Assembly (NCBI GenBank): GCA_046861385.1 | Contig: JBHHTW010000001.1 | Span: 95,910 to 159,909, forward strand | Source of the DNA: Fidelibacterota bacterium | Lineage (GTDB): Bacteria; Fidelibacterota; Marinisomatia; Marinisomatales; TCS55 | Direction of reading: 5' to 3' | DNA: 64,000 bases | Shown here: piece by piece, positions 12,360 through 23,286 of the stretch | How the letters are laid out: every line of letters begins with the position of its first letter | Position numbering within the stretch: position 1 is the first letter of the stretch | Made by a program: the position numbers and the translations under genes | Notes under the pieces: model-generated | Databases searched by the model: none | What the model was told of the DNA's origin: nothing | What the model saw: only the letters and a program-made list of their open reading frames with translations

Positions 12360-12370
12360 AGGAGTTTGAA

Positions 12371-12874
12371 TTGGCAATTATTAATCCAGCTGAATTAGAT
12401 CTTCGGGAAGAGACTGTTGTGCGAATCAATCGTGTTGCAAAAGTCACATCACGTGGAAAACGATTCCGTTTTTCTGCACTCGTTGTGGTGGGAGATGGAA
12501 AAGGCCATGTAGGTATCGGACTCGGTAAAGCAAATGAAGTGATGAGTAGTATCTCGAAAGCAAAAGATGATGCAAAAAGAAACATCTTTAAAGCATCCAT
12601 AGTTAATGAAACAATTCCTCATAAAATTACCGGTAAACATGGTGCAAGTCGTGTAATGTTAAAGCCAGCGTCAGCAGGTACAGGAATTATTGCAGGAGCA
12701 GCTGTTCGCGCGGTGATGGAACAAGTAGGAGTGCATAATATTTTGACTAAGCGCTATGGCTCAAGCAATATTTTAAACGTAGTAAAGGCGACAGTAGATG
12801 CACTTAAGAATCTGCAGGATGCTGTTTCTGTAGCAAATAAGCGTGGAATTACGATAAAAGAAGTATTTAATTAA
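12371..12874 (+). CDS. rpsE: 30S ribosomal protein S5 (TTG start)
   Basis: INRVAKVT, FSALVVVGD, PASAGTGIIAG. Confidence 0.98.
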   Translation: MAIINPAELDLREETVVRINRVAKVTSRGKRFRFSALVVVGDGKGHVGIGLGKANEVMSSISKAKDDAKRNIFKASIVNETIPHKITGKHGASRVMLKPASAGTGIIAGAAVRAVMEQVGVHNILTKRYGSSNILNVVKATVDALKNLQDAVSVANKRGITIKEVFN

Positions 12875-12875
12875 A

Positions 12876-13067
12876 ATGAAAGCAAAAACAAAATCAATTC
12901 GCGTTACACAAATACGCAGCCGAATCGGACGTTTACCAAAGCAAAAGGCAACTTTGGATGCTTTGGGATTAAGAAAAATGAATAAAACAGTAGTATTACC
13001 TGATAACGAGACGGTTCGTGGTATGATTAAGAGTATATATTTTTTACTAAATGTAGAGGAAGCGTAA
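12876..13067 (+). CDS. rpmD: 50S ribosomal protein L30
   Basis: TLDALGLRK, VRGMI; synteny. Confidence 0.96.
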   Translation: MKAKTKSIRVTQIRSRIGRLPKQKATLDALGLRKMNKTVVLPDNETVRGMIKSIYFLLNVEEA

Positions 13068-13507
13068 TGAGATTGGGTGAATTAAAACCAACACCTGGTA
13101 CCACCTCAAATAAAAAGCGTAGAGGACGCGGTCCAGGAACCGGATTAGGACGAACCGGTGGACGAGGAGAAAAAGGATATCATTCACGAAGTGGTAGTAA
13201 AACACTTGAATGGTTTGAGGGTGGACAGATGCCTCTCCTTAGGAGACTTCCAAAACGAGGTTTTTCAAACTCAATGTTTAAAAAATCATTTCAAGTTGTA
13301 AATTTATCTTCGATCGAAAAATTGGAGGTCACTGAAGTGACAGCAGAAGTTATGGCCGAAAATGGTTTAGTCCGGTCGGCTCTTCAACCGATAAAAATAT
13401 TAGCTAAAGGCGATATCACGAAGAAATTAAATGTGACAGCAAGCGCTTTTAGTTTGACAGCTAAAGAAAAAATTGAAAAAGCCGGTGGCACTGCAATAGT
13501 TCAATGA
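13067..13507 (+). CDS. rplO: 50S ribosomal protein L15
   Basis: GRGPGTGLG, FEGGQMPL.RRLPKRGF. Confidence 0.99.
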   Translation: MRLGELKPTPGTTSNKKRRGRGPGTGLGRTGGRGEKGYHSRSGSKTLEWFEGGQMPLLRRLPKRGFSNSMFKKSFQVVNLSSIEKLEVTEVTAEVMAENGLVRSALQPIKILAKGDITKKLNVTASAFSLTAKEKIEKAGGTAIVQ

Positions 13508-14841
13508 TTGATAAAATAAGAAACGTTTTTAGCATACCTGATCTTCGAAAGAGAATTTTCTTTACATTTGGAGTTTTGGTCATAGTCCGTCTTGGAGCAC
13601 ATCTTCCAATCCCAGGTGTAGATGGGGAAGCACTTCATGCTGCATTTCAAAATATGCAAAATACACTTTTTGGCCTTTTTGACATGTTTGCTGGAGGCGC
13701 ATTTCAAAAAGCAACGTTGTTTGCACTGGGGATTATGCCCTATATATCTGCCTCAATTATGATTCAGCTTATGGGTTCAGTTGTTCCGTATTTTCAACGA
13801 TTACAAAAAGAAGGCGAAGCTGGACGAAAAAAAATTACACAAATTACGCGTTACGGTACTGTTTTGATTGCGATGTTTCAAGCATATAGTGTCACAGTAT
13901 TCTTAGAATCGATGACTGCAAGTTCGTCATCAGGGACAATATCTGTTGTAACAAATCCTGGGTTTGGATTCAAATTTGTGGCCATTATTAGTATCGTCAC
14001 GGGTACTATGTTTTTAATGTGGCTTGGCGAACGGATTACAGAGCGGGGAATTGGAAATGGCATTTCGCTCATTATTATGATTGGTATTATGTCTCGGTTA
14101 CCCAATGTCATCATGAGTGAAATCACCCTGATAAATGAAGGGGTACGTAATTTATTATCTGAAGTCATTTTGTTAGGAATCATGTTTGTTATTATTGCAT
14201 TCGTTGTCTTTTTAACACAGGGAACACGCAAAATACCCGTACAATATGCTAAACGCGTTGTCGGGCGAAAAGTATATGGTGGTCAATCAACGCATATTCC
14301 ATTGCGCGTCAATACCGCTGGAGTTATGCCCATCATTTTTGCTCAGGCAATTATGTTTTTACCCAGCACTATTGCTATGTTTTTTGCTGAAAGTGAATTC
14401 ATGCAAGGAGTCATGCGCTGGTTTTCATTTGATCACCCATTTTATTGGGCAGTTTTTGGGACAATGATTGTTTTCTTCACATATTTTTATACTGCCATCG
14501 CTTTCGATCCAGTTCAAGTTTCAACTCAAATGAAACAACACGGCGGTTTTATTCCTGGTATACGTCCGGGGAAAAAGACAGCCGATTATATTGATAATAT
14601 TTTGACCAGAGTGACATTGCCTGGTTCGTTTTTTCTGGCTTTCATTGCTATTTTTCCATATATCCTAATGAATATCATGGATGTAGGTTATGATTTGGCA
14701 TCATTTTTTGGCGGCACAAGTTTATTAATTATCGTCGGTGTTTCATTAGATACATTACAGCAAATTGAATCGCACTTGCTCATGCGTCACTATGACGGAT
14801 TTTTGTCTAAGGGTAAAATACGCGGGCGGAGACGCATGTAA
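13504..14841 (+). CDS. secY: Preprotein translocase SecY
   Basis: ALGIMPYISASI, GIGNGISLII, FIPGIRPG, GGTSLLI. Confidence 0.99.
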   Translation: MIDKIRNVFSIPDLRKRIFFTFGVLVIVRLGAHLPIPGVDGEALHAAFQNMQNTLFGLFDMFAGGAFQKATLFALGIMPYISASIMIQLMGSVVPYFQRLQKEGEAGRKKITQITRYGTVLIAMFQAYSVTVFLESMTASSSSGTISVVTNPGFGFKFVAIISIVTGTMFLMWLGERITERGIGNGISLIIMIGIMSRLPNVIMSEITLINEGVRNLLSEVILLGIMFVIIAFVVFLTQGTRKIPVQYAKRVVGRKVYGGQSTHIPLRVNTAGVMPIIFAQAIMFLPSTIAMFFAESEFMQGVMRWFSFDHPFYWAVFGTMIVFFTYFYTAIAFDPVQVSTQMKQHGGFIPGIRPGKKTADYIDNILTRVTLPGSFFLAFIAIFPYILMNIMDVGYDLASFFGGTSLLIIVGVSLDTLQQIESHLLMRHYDGFLSKGKIRGRRRM

Positions 14842-15593
14842 TGGTAAAAGTACGATCATCTAGAGAAATTGACTTAATCGCTGCAAGCTGCCAGATCGTC
14901 GCAGATACTTTGGATATGCTGACGAGTCATATTGTGCCAGGGGCTGAGTTGATAAAATTGGACTCATTAGCCGAAGCCTATATTCTCTCCAGAGGAGCTA
15001 AACCTGCTTTTAAAGGATATATGGGATTTCCCGCTTCCCTGTGCATCTCAATTGATGATGAAGTGGTACATGGAATTCCCGATAGACGATTTCTGAAAGA
15101 AGGTCAAATAGTTGGTTTTGATTGTGGTGCAGAAAAGAACGGTTATTACGGTGATTCAGCCCGAACTTATGCTGTTGGCTCGATATCGGATAAAAAGAAA
15201 AAATTAATGGATATTACAAGAGAATCCCTTTTTCAAGGAATAAGCAAGGCTAAAGTCGGGAATCATGTTTCTGATATTGGTCATGCCATCCAAACATACG
15301 TTGAAGCGGTTGGATTCTCTGTGGTAAGAGAATTAGTAGGTCATGGTATCGGAACTGCATTGCATGAAGAACCCCAAGTACCTAATTATGGAAATCCAAA
15401 GCAGGGCATTCGACTAAGGCCAGGAATGTGTTTGGCTATTGAACCGATGATTAATATTGGAACTAAAGAAGTATACACGGATAATGATGGTTGGACGGTT
15501 AGAACGAAAGATGGACAATCATCGGCACATTTTGAACATACGATTGCTATTATGGATGATGGCCCGGTTATTCTAACGATGGGTAAAGCCTGA
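14841..15593 (+). CDS. map: Methionine aminopeptidase type I
   Basis: EVVHGIP, D.G....[31 protein letters not shown]. Confidence 0.98.
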   Translation: MVKVRSSREIDLIAASCQIVADTLDMLTSHIVPGAELIKLDSLAEAYILSRGAKPAFKGYMGFPASLCISIDDEVVHGIPDRRFLKEGQIVGFDCGAEKNGYYGDSARTYAVGSISDKKKKLMDITRESLFQGISKAKVGNHVSDIGHAIQTYVEAVGFSVVRELVGHGIGTALHEEPQVPNYGNPKQGIRLRPGMCLAIEPMINIGTKEVYTDNDGWTVRTKDGQSSAHFEHTIAIMDDGPVILTMGKA

Positions 15594-15820
15594 TGGCAAA
15601 AGAACAACCCATAGTCGTTGATGGAATTATTAAAGAAACATTACCCAATGCGACATTCAGAGTTGAAATCGAAATTGGTGACACAAAACATGAAGTACTG
15701 GCACACGTCAGTGGAAAAATGCGTATGCATTTTATCAAAATATTACCGGGAGATATGGTGACATTAGAAGTATCGCCATATGATTTAAACAGAGGAAGAA
15801 TTACTTACAGACAAAAGTAA
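15593..15820 (+). CDS. infA: Translation initiation factor IF-1
   Basis: [32 protein letters not shown]. Confidence 0.99.
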   Translation: MAKEQPIVVDGIIKETLPNATFRVEIEIGDTKHEVLAHVSGKMRMHFIKILPGDMVTLEVSPYDLNRGRITYRQK

Positions 15821-15825
15821 AAATT

Positions 15826-15939
15826 ATGAAAGTACGTCCATCCGTTAAAAAAATGTGTTCAAAGTGTAAGATTATTCGCCGCAAAGGTGTGGTATTGGTG
15901 ATCTGTGAAAATCCAAAACATAAACAGAGACAAGGTTAG
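15826..15939 (+). CDS. rpmJ: 50S ribosomal protein L36 (37 aa, Zn-ribbon type; not in ORF track)
   Basis: Manual translation [37 protein letters not shown]. Confidence 0.98.
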   Translation: MKVRPSVKKMCSKCKIIRRKGVVLVICENPKHKQRQG

Positions 15940-15948
15940 GAGTTACAA

Positions 15949-16326
15949 TTGGCTCGTATTGCTGGTATAGATATTCCGCGAGATAAAAAAGTCGCGTATT
16001 CTCTTCGATATATTTATGGAATTGGCTTAACTACTGCTAAAAAGATATGTGCTGAAGCCAAGGTAGATGAAAATATTCGTGTAAAAGATTTAAAAGAAGA
16101 TCAGGTAATTGCTATCCGCGATGCTATCAATAAATTTGAAATAAAGATTGAAGGTGACGCTCGTTCTGAAATGGCCATGAATATTAAGCGCTTAAAAGAC
16201 GTGGGATCATACAAAGGTATTCGTCATCGCCGTGGGTTACCTGTAAATGGGCAGCGCACCAAAACAAACGCACGAACCCGCAAAGGAAAAAAACGAACAA
16301 TCGGTTTGGGTAAAGGAAGAGTTTAA
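15949..16326 (+). CDS. rpsM: 30S ribosomal protein S13 (TTG start)
   Basis: [35 protein letters not shown]. Confidence 0.99.
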   Translation: MARIAGIDIPRDKKVAYSLRYIYGIGLTTAKKICAEAKVDENIRVKDLKEDQVIAIRDAINKFEIKIEGDARSEMAMNIKRLKDVGSYKGIRHRRGLPVNGQRTKTNARTRKGKKRTIGLGKGRV

Positions 16327-16330
16327 TTAA

Positions 16331-16723
16331 ATGGCAAAACAAAAAAGCGTTAAGAAAAAAACTAAAAAGAAAACAGTAGAACCCAATGGTGTTGCACATA
16401 TTAAAGCAACATTTAATAATACTCATGTGACAATAACGGATAGTTTCGGGAATGTGATTGCATGGTCTACAGCCGGAACATCCGGCTTTAAAGGATCGCG
16501 TAAGAGTACGGCCTACGCTGCCACTATGGCGGCAGATAAAGTCGCTAAAGAAGCAATGTCCATGGGATTGTTAAAAGTAGATGTAAAAGTAAAAGGACCT
16601 GGTTCAGGAAGAGAATCATCCATTCGTGCGTTGGCAGCTGCCGGGTTAGAAGTATTATCCATTCGAGACATGACACCGTTACCGCACAACGGATGTCGTC
16701 CACCCAAGAAACGTCGAGTTTAA
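16331..16723 (+). CDS. rpsK: 30S ribosomal protein S11
   Basis: [27 protein letters not shown]. Confidence 0.99.
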   Translation: MAKQKSVKKKTKKKTVEPNGVAHIKATFNNTHVTITDSFGNVIAWSTAGTSGFKGSRKSTAYAATMAADKVAKEAMSMGLLKVDVKVKGPGSGRESSIRALAAAGLEVLSIRDMTPLPHNGCRPPKKRRV

Positions 16724-16737
16724 TAAGAGTAAGATTT

Positions 16738-17355
16738 ATGGCAAAAATAAAAACACCCAAAGGGAAACTTGTTCGGAAATTTGGTGAGAATATTTTCGGA
16801 AACCCAAAATTTGATAAAATACTGAATCGTAAACCATACGCAGCAGGGCAACACGGTCAAACTCGCCGCAGAAGATTATCTAACTATGGTGTTCAGCTTA
16901 AAGAAAAACAAAAGATAAAAACTATGTATGGTGTATTAGAACGCCAATTTAAAACTTATTTTGAAAAGGCAGATAAAGCAGTAGGTGAAACAGGTACAAA
17001 TCTTATGCAAATGCTCGAAAGCAGATTGGATAATGTAGTCTATCGTTTGGGTTTCGCATCCACACGTCCTGCTGCCAGACAGTTAGTGAATCACGCTCAC
17101 GTATTAGTGAACAATAAAAAAGTAAATATTCCATCATACAGGGTAAAACCGGGTGATGTGATACAGATTCGCGATCGAAGTAAAAAATTGGATCTCATTT
17201 TGGAATCAATGAAAAGAATAAAAGGAGATCTTGATCTTCCTTGGCTTGAATTAGATAAAGCCAAGATGACCGGTGTCGTTGTTGCAATTCCTGAGAGGGA
17301 AGATATGCAAGTGCTGGTCAATGAACAATTAGTTGTAGAATTATACTCTAAATAA
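16738..17355 (+). CDS. rpsD: 30S ribosomal protein S4 (start corrected to ATG 16738)
   Basis: GQHG, QLKEKQK, LESRLDNVVYRLG, VVELYSK. Confidence 0.98.
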   Translation: MAKIKTPKGKLVRKFGENIFGNPKFDKILNRKPYAAGQHGQTRRRRLSNYGVQLKEKQKIKTMYGVLERQFKTYFEKADKAVGETGTNLMQMLESRLDNVVYRLGFASTRPAARQLVNHAHVLVNNKKVNIPSYRVKPGDVIQIRDRSKKLDLILESMKRIKGDLDLPWLELDKAKMTGVVVAIPEREDMQVLVNEQLVVELYSK

Positions 17356-17377
17356 ATAATAAAAAGGTATTTCATCC

Positions 17378-18349
17378 ATGGCACATAAACTGGACCTTAA
17401 AGTTCAATTAGATGACAAAACATTAACAGAAACATCATGTACATTTTCATTGCAACCTTTAGAACGAGGTTATGGAATTACACTTGGGAATTCTTTACGT
17501 CGTGTACTATTAACTTGCGTTCCCGGCGCTGCAATTACGAACATTAAAATTGAAGGTGTCTTACATGAGTTCTCAACCATTAAAGGTGTTAAAGATGATG
17601 TTTCTGACATTATCCAGAACCTGAAAGGAGTCCGTTTTAAACTAATGGACAATGATCCTGATAAGGTCAATATTAAACTTGAAGGCCCCTGTAAATTCAC
17701 CGCTAATAATATACAAAAAGCCAGTGACCAGTTTACGATATTGAATAAGAAACATTTCATCACTGAATTAACAGATGAAGTAACATTAGAGATTGAACTT
17801 CGTATTGGTATTGGTAAAGGATATGTTCCTTCCGGAGAGAATGAACTACCGAATGCACCTGTTGGAACTATTGCAATAGATAGTATCTATAATCCGGTAA
17901 CAAAAGTTACATTTGATGTCAGTCCAGTTCCCGGAGCCAAAGACCCCATTGAAATATTAACTGTGAATGTAGAAACTGATGGTTCTATAACCCCTCAGGA
18001 CGCCAGTAGTTATGCCGCTTCGGTCATGATGGATCATTTAAAATATATCGAAGCCATTTCTAAACCGGAAGTTTTGGAAATATCTGAAGGTATTAGCGAA
18101 GAAGACCTTAAAATAAGAGTATTGTTAAAAAGAACAATTGATGAGATGGAATTATCTGTGCGAAGCCACAACTGTTTGCAAGCTGCTGGCATTAAGTACA
18201 TTTATGAACTCGTGAATAAAGAAGAGGGCGCCATGCTCAAATACAAGAACTTTGGTAGAAAATCCTTAACAGAATTGGTTGAAAAATTGGATGAAATGGG
18301 TTTGAGTTTTGGTATGGATGTTGACAATTATTTGAAAGAACCTGCTTAA
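17378..18349 (+). CDS. rpoA: RNA polymerase alpha subunit
   Basis: [36 protein letters not shown]. Confidence 0.99.
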   Translation: MAHKLDLKVQLDDKTLTETSCTFSLQPLERGYGITLGNSLRRVLLTCVPGAAITNIKIEGVLHEFSTIKGVKDDVSDIIQNLKGVRFKLMDNDPDKVNIKLEGPCKFTANNIQKASDQFTILNKKHFITELTDEVTLEIELRIGIGKGYVPSGENELPNAPVGTIAIDSIYNPVTKVTFDVSPVPGAKDPIEILTVNVETDGSITPQDASSYAASVMMDHLKYIEAISKPEVLEISEGISEEDLKIRVLLKRTIDEMELSVRSHNCLQAAGIKYIYELVNKEEGAMLKYKNFGRKSLTELVEKLDEMGLSFGMDVDNYLKEPA

Positions 18350-18350
18350 A

Positions 18351-18743
18351 ATGGCCAAAAATAACAGACATCGCAAATTGGGTGTGAATCCATCACATCG
18401 TCGAGCAATGCTTATGAATCTTGCTGAGAACCTGATCCTCCATAAGAGAATTAAAACAACTGATTCTCGAGCAAAGGCGCTTCGTGAATATATTGAGCCC
18501 CTCATAACGAAAGCAAAAAAAGGTGATTTGAATTCAAGAAGAATGGTATTAAAAAAATTACACAAAGATTCTGTTAAAACATTATTTAATGAAATAGGTC
18601 CCGCATTTTCAGAACGACCAGGCGGCTACACTCGAATAATCAAATTGGGTTTTCGTAAAAGTGACAGCGCAGCAATTTCATTGATTGAATTAGTTGGTTT
18701 TGAAGGTTCAGTGGAAAGCCCATCAGCTTCTGATTCCGAATAA
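18351..18743 (+). CDS. rplQ: 50S ribosomal protein L17
   Basis: [20 protein letters not shown]. Confidence 0.98.
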   Translation: MAKNNRHRKLGVNPSHRRAMLMNLAENLILHKRIKTTDSRAKALREYIEPLITKAKKGDLNSRRMVLKKLHKDSVKTLFNEIGPAFSERPGGYTRIIKLGFRKSDSAAISLIELVGFEGSVESPSASDSE

Positions 18744-18756
18744 TTAATTTTAATTA

Positions 18757-19893
18757 ATGCACGTTCAACACCGAAAAAGGGCAGTCATTTTGACTGCCTT
18801 TCTTTTTTTTACAATTTCTTCTGAAATATATCCTGGATTTCTGTCATTTAATGAACGATGTTTATGGGTTGTCCGCAGCACGATGCAAAAAAGAGAATCC
18901 ATTGACCAGATGATCGAATTTGCTAAAAATAATGGTTTTAATCATATATTAGTTCAAGTACGTGGTCGCGGTGATGCCCTCTATAATTCCAAATTAGTTC
19001 CTCGCAGTGAATTGTTGGAAGATACCGTTTTTGATCCACTCTATTATGTGATTCGAAAAGCTCACCAAAATGGATTGAAAGTTCATGCTTGGATGAATGT
19101 TTATCTCATTTGGTCCAAAACCATCCTTCCTAACTCCCAAAACCATGTGTTGAATTCTCATCCGGAATGGATTGATAAAAATGGAAACGAATTCACATCT
19201 TTATTTAAAACCGATAATAAAATTGATGGAGAAGGGTATTATTTAGCACCGCATCATCCAGAAGTAAAAAAACATTTATTATCAGTATTTCGGGAAATTT
19301 CTGCATTATATGATATTGACGGACTGCATCTTGATTATATCCGTTTTCATGATAACGAATATGGAAATAATTCAGAAGCTAAAGCGACTTATTATCAAAA
19401 ATTATATCACAATAGAAAACCCTTATTTAATAATAATGATGTAGGGACAAATCGTGAGTGGGATAATTTTCGCAAAGCTTCTATTACAGAATTATTAAAC
19501 GATACAAAGCAAATGCTTAAGGAGGTCAGACCTGATTGCATTCTTTCTGCGGCGGTGAAACCCAACGTCCTAGATGCAAAAAATCGCTATTTTCAAGAAT
19601 GGGATTATTGGTTAGCTGCCGGGTATTTGGATTGGGTAATACCCATGAATTATACTCCCGATCTGAGAGAATTTGCGGATAATATTAATTTAATTTATGA
19701 AAATCTTCCCAAAAAATACCGAAATAGGATTATTATGGGAATTGCCCTTTATAATCAACCTCCTCTGGATGCTGTCGATAAAATCTATTATTCAGAAATA
19801 ACTCGATTTAAAGGCATCTCGTTTTTTTCTTATAATGTCATAGCGACCCAACCTACATATTTCAAAACGCTAAAGCATTCTCAAAAATATTAA
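18757..19893 (+). CDS. Secreted GHL10/DUF187 (YddW-like) glycoside hydrolase
   Basis: QVRGRGDALYNS, FDPL, VHAWMN, YDIDGLHLDYIRF, QEW..W...G.LD...PMNY; signal-peptide-like N-terminus. Confidence 0.85.
   Translation: MHVQHRKRAVILTAFLFFTISSEIYPGFLSFNERCLWVVRSTMQKRESIDQMIEFAKNNGFNHILVQVRGRGDALYNSKLVPRSELLEDTVFDPLYYVIRKAHQNGLKVHAWMNVYLIWSKTILPNSQNHVLNSHPEWIDKNGNEFTSLFKTDNKIDGEGYYLAPHHPEVKKHLLSVFREISALYDIDGLHLDYIRFHDNEYGNNSEAKATYYQKLYHNRKPLFNNNDVGTNREWDNFRKASITELLNDTKQMLKEVRPDCILSAAVKPNVLDAKNRYFQEWDYWLAAGYLDWVIPMNYTPDLREFADNINLIYENLPKKYRNRIIMGIALYNQPPLDAVDKIYYSEITRFKGISFFSYNVIATQPTYFKTLKHSQKY
18777..18810 (+). terminator. Intrinsic terminator of the ribosomal superoperon
   Basis: Stem GGCAGTCA-TTT-TGACTGCC followed by TTTCTTTTTTTT, about 35 nt after the rplQ stop. 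Confidence 0.8.
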
Positions 19894-20004
19894 TCAATTT
19901 CAGTACTTATCTGCATTTTTTTGTAATAAGTGTCCTCTAAACTCAGTTTAATGAGTATTTATATCAGTTTCATATTGTTGGAATGTGTAAGTTTATTACT
20001 AAAG

Positions 20005-21381
20005 ATGAAAAATTATATAATCAAATACTGTATATATTTCTTATGCGGATCATTACTCTATCCGTGCACAACAATATTAGTTGGGAAAGGTATGACTGTA
20101 GATGGTTCTATTATCCATGCTCATAACGAAGATATGGGTAATCTCACAGTGGGAAGACTATGGAAAGTAAACCACAGAATAGCCGATTATGATTCCATTT
20201 ATGTTCCATATGTAAGAATTCCAACTTCAGAAACGAAATTGGCTTATTGGGCATCAGGCAATACCAAACAAATAAATCGAGAAGAATTAAATCGGTTTGT
20301 ATTACCTTACGATAATATTCTGGTGGGTATGAATGAATCTGGATTAACCTTAAGTTGCAACTGGATGTACTCCAGGGAAATGAATTTAGAAAATAAGGGT
20401 ATTCGCCGCTATGCCATCCGACAATTAATATTAGAACGTTGTTCAACTTCATTGGAGGCCGTTAAGCTCATTGGTGAATTGATTGATACCTACGGACAAG
20501 CGGACTGGGGTGGGCTGACTTATGTAATAGCTGATCAAACAGAAGGGTGGATCGTGGAAACGACAACTCATTTTTGGGTCGCAAAAAAACTAAGAGACGA
20601 TGAAATTATCGCCATTGCTAATCAATATACTATTGGAGAAAATTTTGATTTATCCAGTAAGCATCTGATACAAAATGCAATTGATATGGGTTGGTATAAT
20701 TCTCAAGCAGCACCATTTAATTTTAAGGAAGTTTATGGAGATCCGGAATATTTAAATGAAGCGTATGACCTTGACAGAGAGAAAAGGGTGATAGAATTAT
20801 TAGATAGTAAACTTGGAAGGATTCGACCTGATGATTTGATGAGCATATTAAGAGACCGTTATCATGATTCAGATGAATACGCGGCACCAACTACTTTTGA
20901 ACCGGACAGAATAACATGTCGAAATAATGGAGCGAAACGGCCTATATGTTCAAATTTATGCCAATCATCATTTGTTGCCCATTTGCGACCCAATCTCCCT
21001 GTGGAATTCGGTTCGGTATTTTGGTATACTATGGCAACTCCGTCATATGGATCGTATTTTCCTCTCTATCCGTCGGGTGATAAAATAATCAGATCGTTTA
21101 GTATAAATAATTCTGAGGAAACTGATTCTACTGCCTGGTGGGTATACCGTCATTTACAACAAATGATTGATGCTGCAGATGCTGAAATCATTAAAAGAGT
21201 TCGCAATGAAACAGCCGTTATAACAAAAGATATAATGTCAGAACAGTCTGAGCGGGAAATGGAAATTCAAACTTATTTGAAAGTTGGTGATGTTAATGGA
21301 TCCCAGGCTATTATAAATCAATATTCCAATCAGTCAGCAATTAAATCCCTTAACAGCGCGTGGGAAATCCTCGAAAGATAA
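20005..21381 (+). CDS. Peptidase C69 family dipeptidase (Ntn hydrolase), secreted; start probably ATG 20005
   Basis: Signal peptide followed by CTTILVGK..T.DGS....HNED (N-terminal nucleophile Cys), GMNE.G, IADQTEGW. Confidence 0.85.
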   Translation: MKNYIIKYCIYFLCGSLLYPCTTILVGKGMTVDGSIIHAHNEDMGNLTVGRLWKVNHRIADYDSIYVPYVRIPTSETKLAYWASGNTKQINREELNRFVLPYDNILVGMNESGLTLSCNWMYSREMNLENKGIRRYAIRQLILERCSTSLEAVKLIGELIDTYGQADWGGLTYVIADQTEGWIVETTTHFWVAKKLRDDEIIAIANQYTIGENFDLSSKHLIQNAIDMGWYNSQAAPFNFKEVYGDPEYLNEAYDLDREKRVIELLDSKLGRIRPDDLMSILRDRYHDSDEYAAPTTFEPDRITCRNNGAKRPICSNLCQSSFVAHLRPNLPVEFGSVFWYTMATPSYGSYFPLYPSGDKIIRSFSINNSEETDSTAWWVYRHLQQMIDAADAEIIKRVRNETAVITKDIMSEQSEREMEIQTYLKVGDVNGSQAIINQYSNQSAIKSLNSAWEILER

Positions 21382-21505
21382 AACCCCATATAACCTAATA
21401 TGGAAAATTTATTCCTGTTTTCCAGTTGTCATTAATTACTTATTTAAGGGTCATTCGAAAAATCATTTTTTTTGATTATTTTTCCTAACACAATAGATTT
21501 TGGAT

Positions 21506-21517
21506 AAGTCTATACAA
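21506..21517 (-). promoter_or_regulatory. Putative HutC-type operator
   Basis: Minus strand reads TTGTATAGACTT, matching the HutC box core TTGTATAGAC, about 75 nt upstream of hutU. Confidence 0.55.
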
Positions 21518-21591
21518 TTGGCCTGATGAGAATCTCTGTTTTATCATCGGTTCGGCATCATGTAAATTATTATCATAATTCAGGAGAAAAA

Positions 21592-23244
21592 ATGCCCAGA
21601 ACCATTCATGCCCCTAAGGGAAATAAACTAACATGTAAGAATTGGCAAATTGAAGCGCCATACCGCATGATCCAGAATAACTTGGATCCGGATGTGGCTG
21701 AAAATCCTGACGAACTTGTTGTGTATGGAGGAAAAGGAAAAGCAGCTCGGAACTGGGAATGCTTTGACGCTATACTTGATACATTAGAGAGACTCGAACC
21801 GGACGAAACGTTATTGGTTCAATCGGGAAAACCGGTGGGGGTTATTCGAACTCATACATCGTCTCCGCGAGTACTGATTGCCAATTCCAATCTCGTTCCT
21901 GAATGGGCGAATTGGGAACATTTTAATGAGTTGGATCAAAAAGGACTCATGATGTACGGACAGATGACAGCTGGTTCTTGGATTTATATTGGAACACAAG
22001 GTATTTTACAAGGCACATATGAAACCTTTGCTGCAGCAGGTAAGCAACATTTTGATAGCGATTTAACCGGAAAATTTGTTTTAACTGCCGGTCTTGGAGG
22101 AATGGGGGGCGCTCAACCTTTATCCGTAACGATGAATAACGGTGTTGTTATTTGTATAGAGATTGATCCTCATCGAATTCAGCGCCGCTTGGAAACAAAA
22201 TACCTTGATGTTGCAACAGAATCGTTAAATGATGCCCTTACAATGGCCAGAAACGCTGCAGCAAACGGAGATGCGCTATCTATTGGGTTGTTGGGTAATG
22301 CGGCTGATATTGTACCAGAAATCGCCAAAATGGGCATTGTCCCGGATTTTGTGACAGATCAAACTTCTGCCCATGATGAACTCGACGGCTATATACCCAA
22401 TGGGATGACTTTTAAGGATGCATTGGAATTGCGCAAATCCGATCCTGAGAAATATGTAAATGAGAGCTTTCGTGCTATGGCAAAACATTGCCGAGGTATT
22501 CTGAAACTACAGAAAATGGGCGCAATTGCATTTGATTATGGAAATAACCTTCGCGGACAAGCCAAAAAAGCCGGTGTGAAAAATGCCTTTGATTATCCTG
22601 GATTTGTTCCGGCATATGTCCGTCCATTATTCTGTGATGGAAGGGGTCCGTTTCGCTGGGTGGCTTTATCGGGAGATCCTGAAGATATTTATAAAACTGA
22701 TGATAAAATATTGGAAATGTTTTCCAAAGATGAAACATTGAAGCGCTGGATCATAATGGCACGAAAAAAAGTGCAGTTCCAAGGGCTACCATCGAGGATA
22801 TGTTGGCTGGATTATACACAACGATCCAAGTTCGGAGTGGAACTAAACCGCATGGTAGCCAGTGGAGAATTATCAGCACCGATTGTTATTGGGCGTGATC
22901 ATTTAGATACCGGTTCAGTCGCTTCACCCTACCGGGAAACTGAAGCTATGAAAGACGGTTCAGATGCCGTGGCGGACTGGCCTCTATTGAATGCATTGGC
23001 GAACACAGCCAGTGGATCAACCTGGGTATCCATTCATCACGGTGGCGGTGTAGGTATGGGACTTGCGATTCATGCCGGACAAGTCATTTGCGCTGACGGT
23101 ACTCCTGAAATGGAAGAGCGGCTTCAACGAGTCCTGACAACTGATCCGGGAACGGGAATCTTTCGACATGCTGATGCTGGATATGAACAAGCTATTGAAA
23201 ATGCGAAAAAATGGAATGTTGATATTCCTATGATTGAAGATTAG
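21592..23244 (+). CDS. hutU: Urocanate hydratase (start corrected to ATG 21592)
   Basis: [47 protein letters not shown]. Confidence 0.98.
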   Translation: MPRTIHAPKGNKLTCKNWQIEAPYRMIQNNLDPDVAENPDELVVYGGKGKAARNWECFDAILDTLERLEPDETLLVQSGKPVGVIRTHTSSPRVLIANSNLVPEWANWEHFNELDQKGLMMYGQMTAGSWIYIGTQGILQGTYETFAAAGKQHFDSDLTGKFVLTAGLGGMGGAQPLSVTMNNGVVICIEIDPHRIQRRLETKYLDVATESLNDALTMARNAAANGDALSIGLLGNAADIVPEIAKMGIVPDFVTDQTSAHDELDGYIPNGMTFKDALELRKSDPEKYVNESFRAMAKHCRGILKLQKMGAIAFDYGNNLRGQAKKAGVKNAFDYPGFVPAYVRPLFCDGRGPFRWVALSGDPEDIYKTDDKILEMFSKDETLKRWIIMARKKVQFQGLPSRICWLDYTQRSKFGVELNRMVASGELSAPIVIGRDHLDTGSVASPYRETEAMKDGSDAVADWPLLNALANTASGSTWVSIHHGGGVGMGLAIHAGQVICADGTPEMEERLQRVLTTDPGTGIFRHADAGYEQAIENAKKWNVDIPMIED

Positions 23245-23266
23245 GGATTGTAGATTTATGATTAAA
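23232..23266 (+). repeat. Left 7-nt-periodic array (GATTnnn x5)
   Basis: gattgaa gattagg gattgta gatttat gattaaa. Confidence 0.75.
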
Positions 23267-23286
23267 GAGAATTAATTAAATAAACT

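Noticed and set aside
14820-14860. Absence of adk between secY and map
   Set aside because: A common arrangement in many lineages, including FCB bacteria.
11401-21591. Longer starts proposed for rplF (11401), rpsD (16693), C69 peptidase (19930) and hutU (21526)
   Set aside because: They overlap upstream genes or precede better RBS/ATG positions that match family N-termini.
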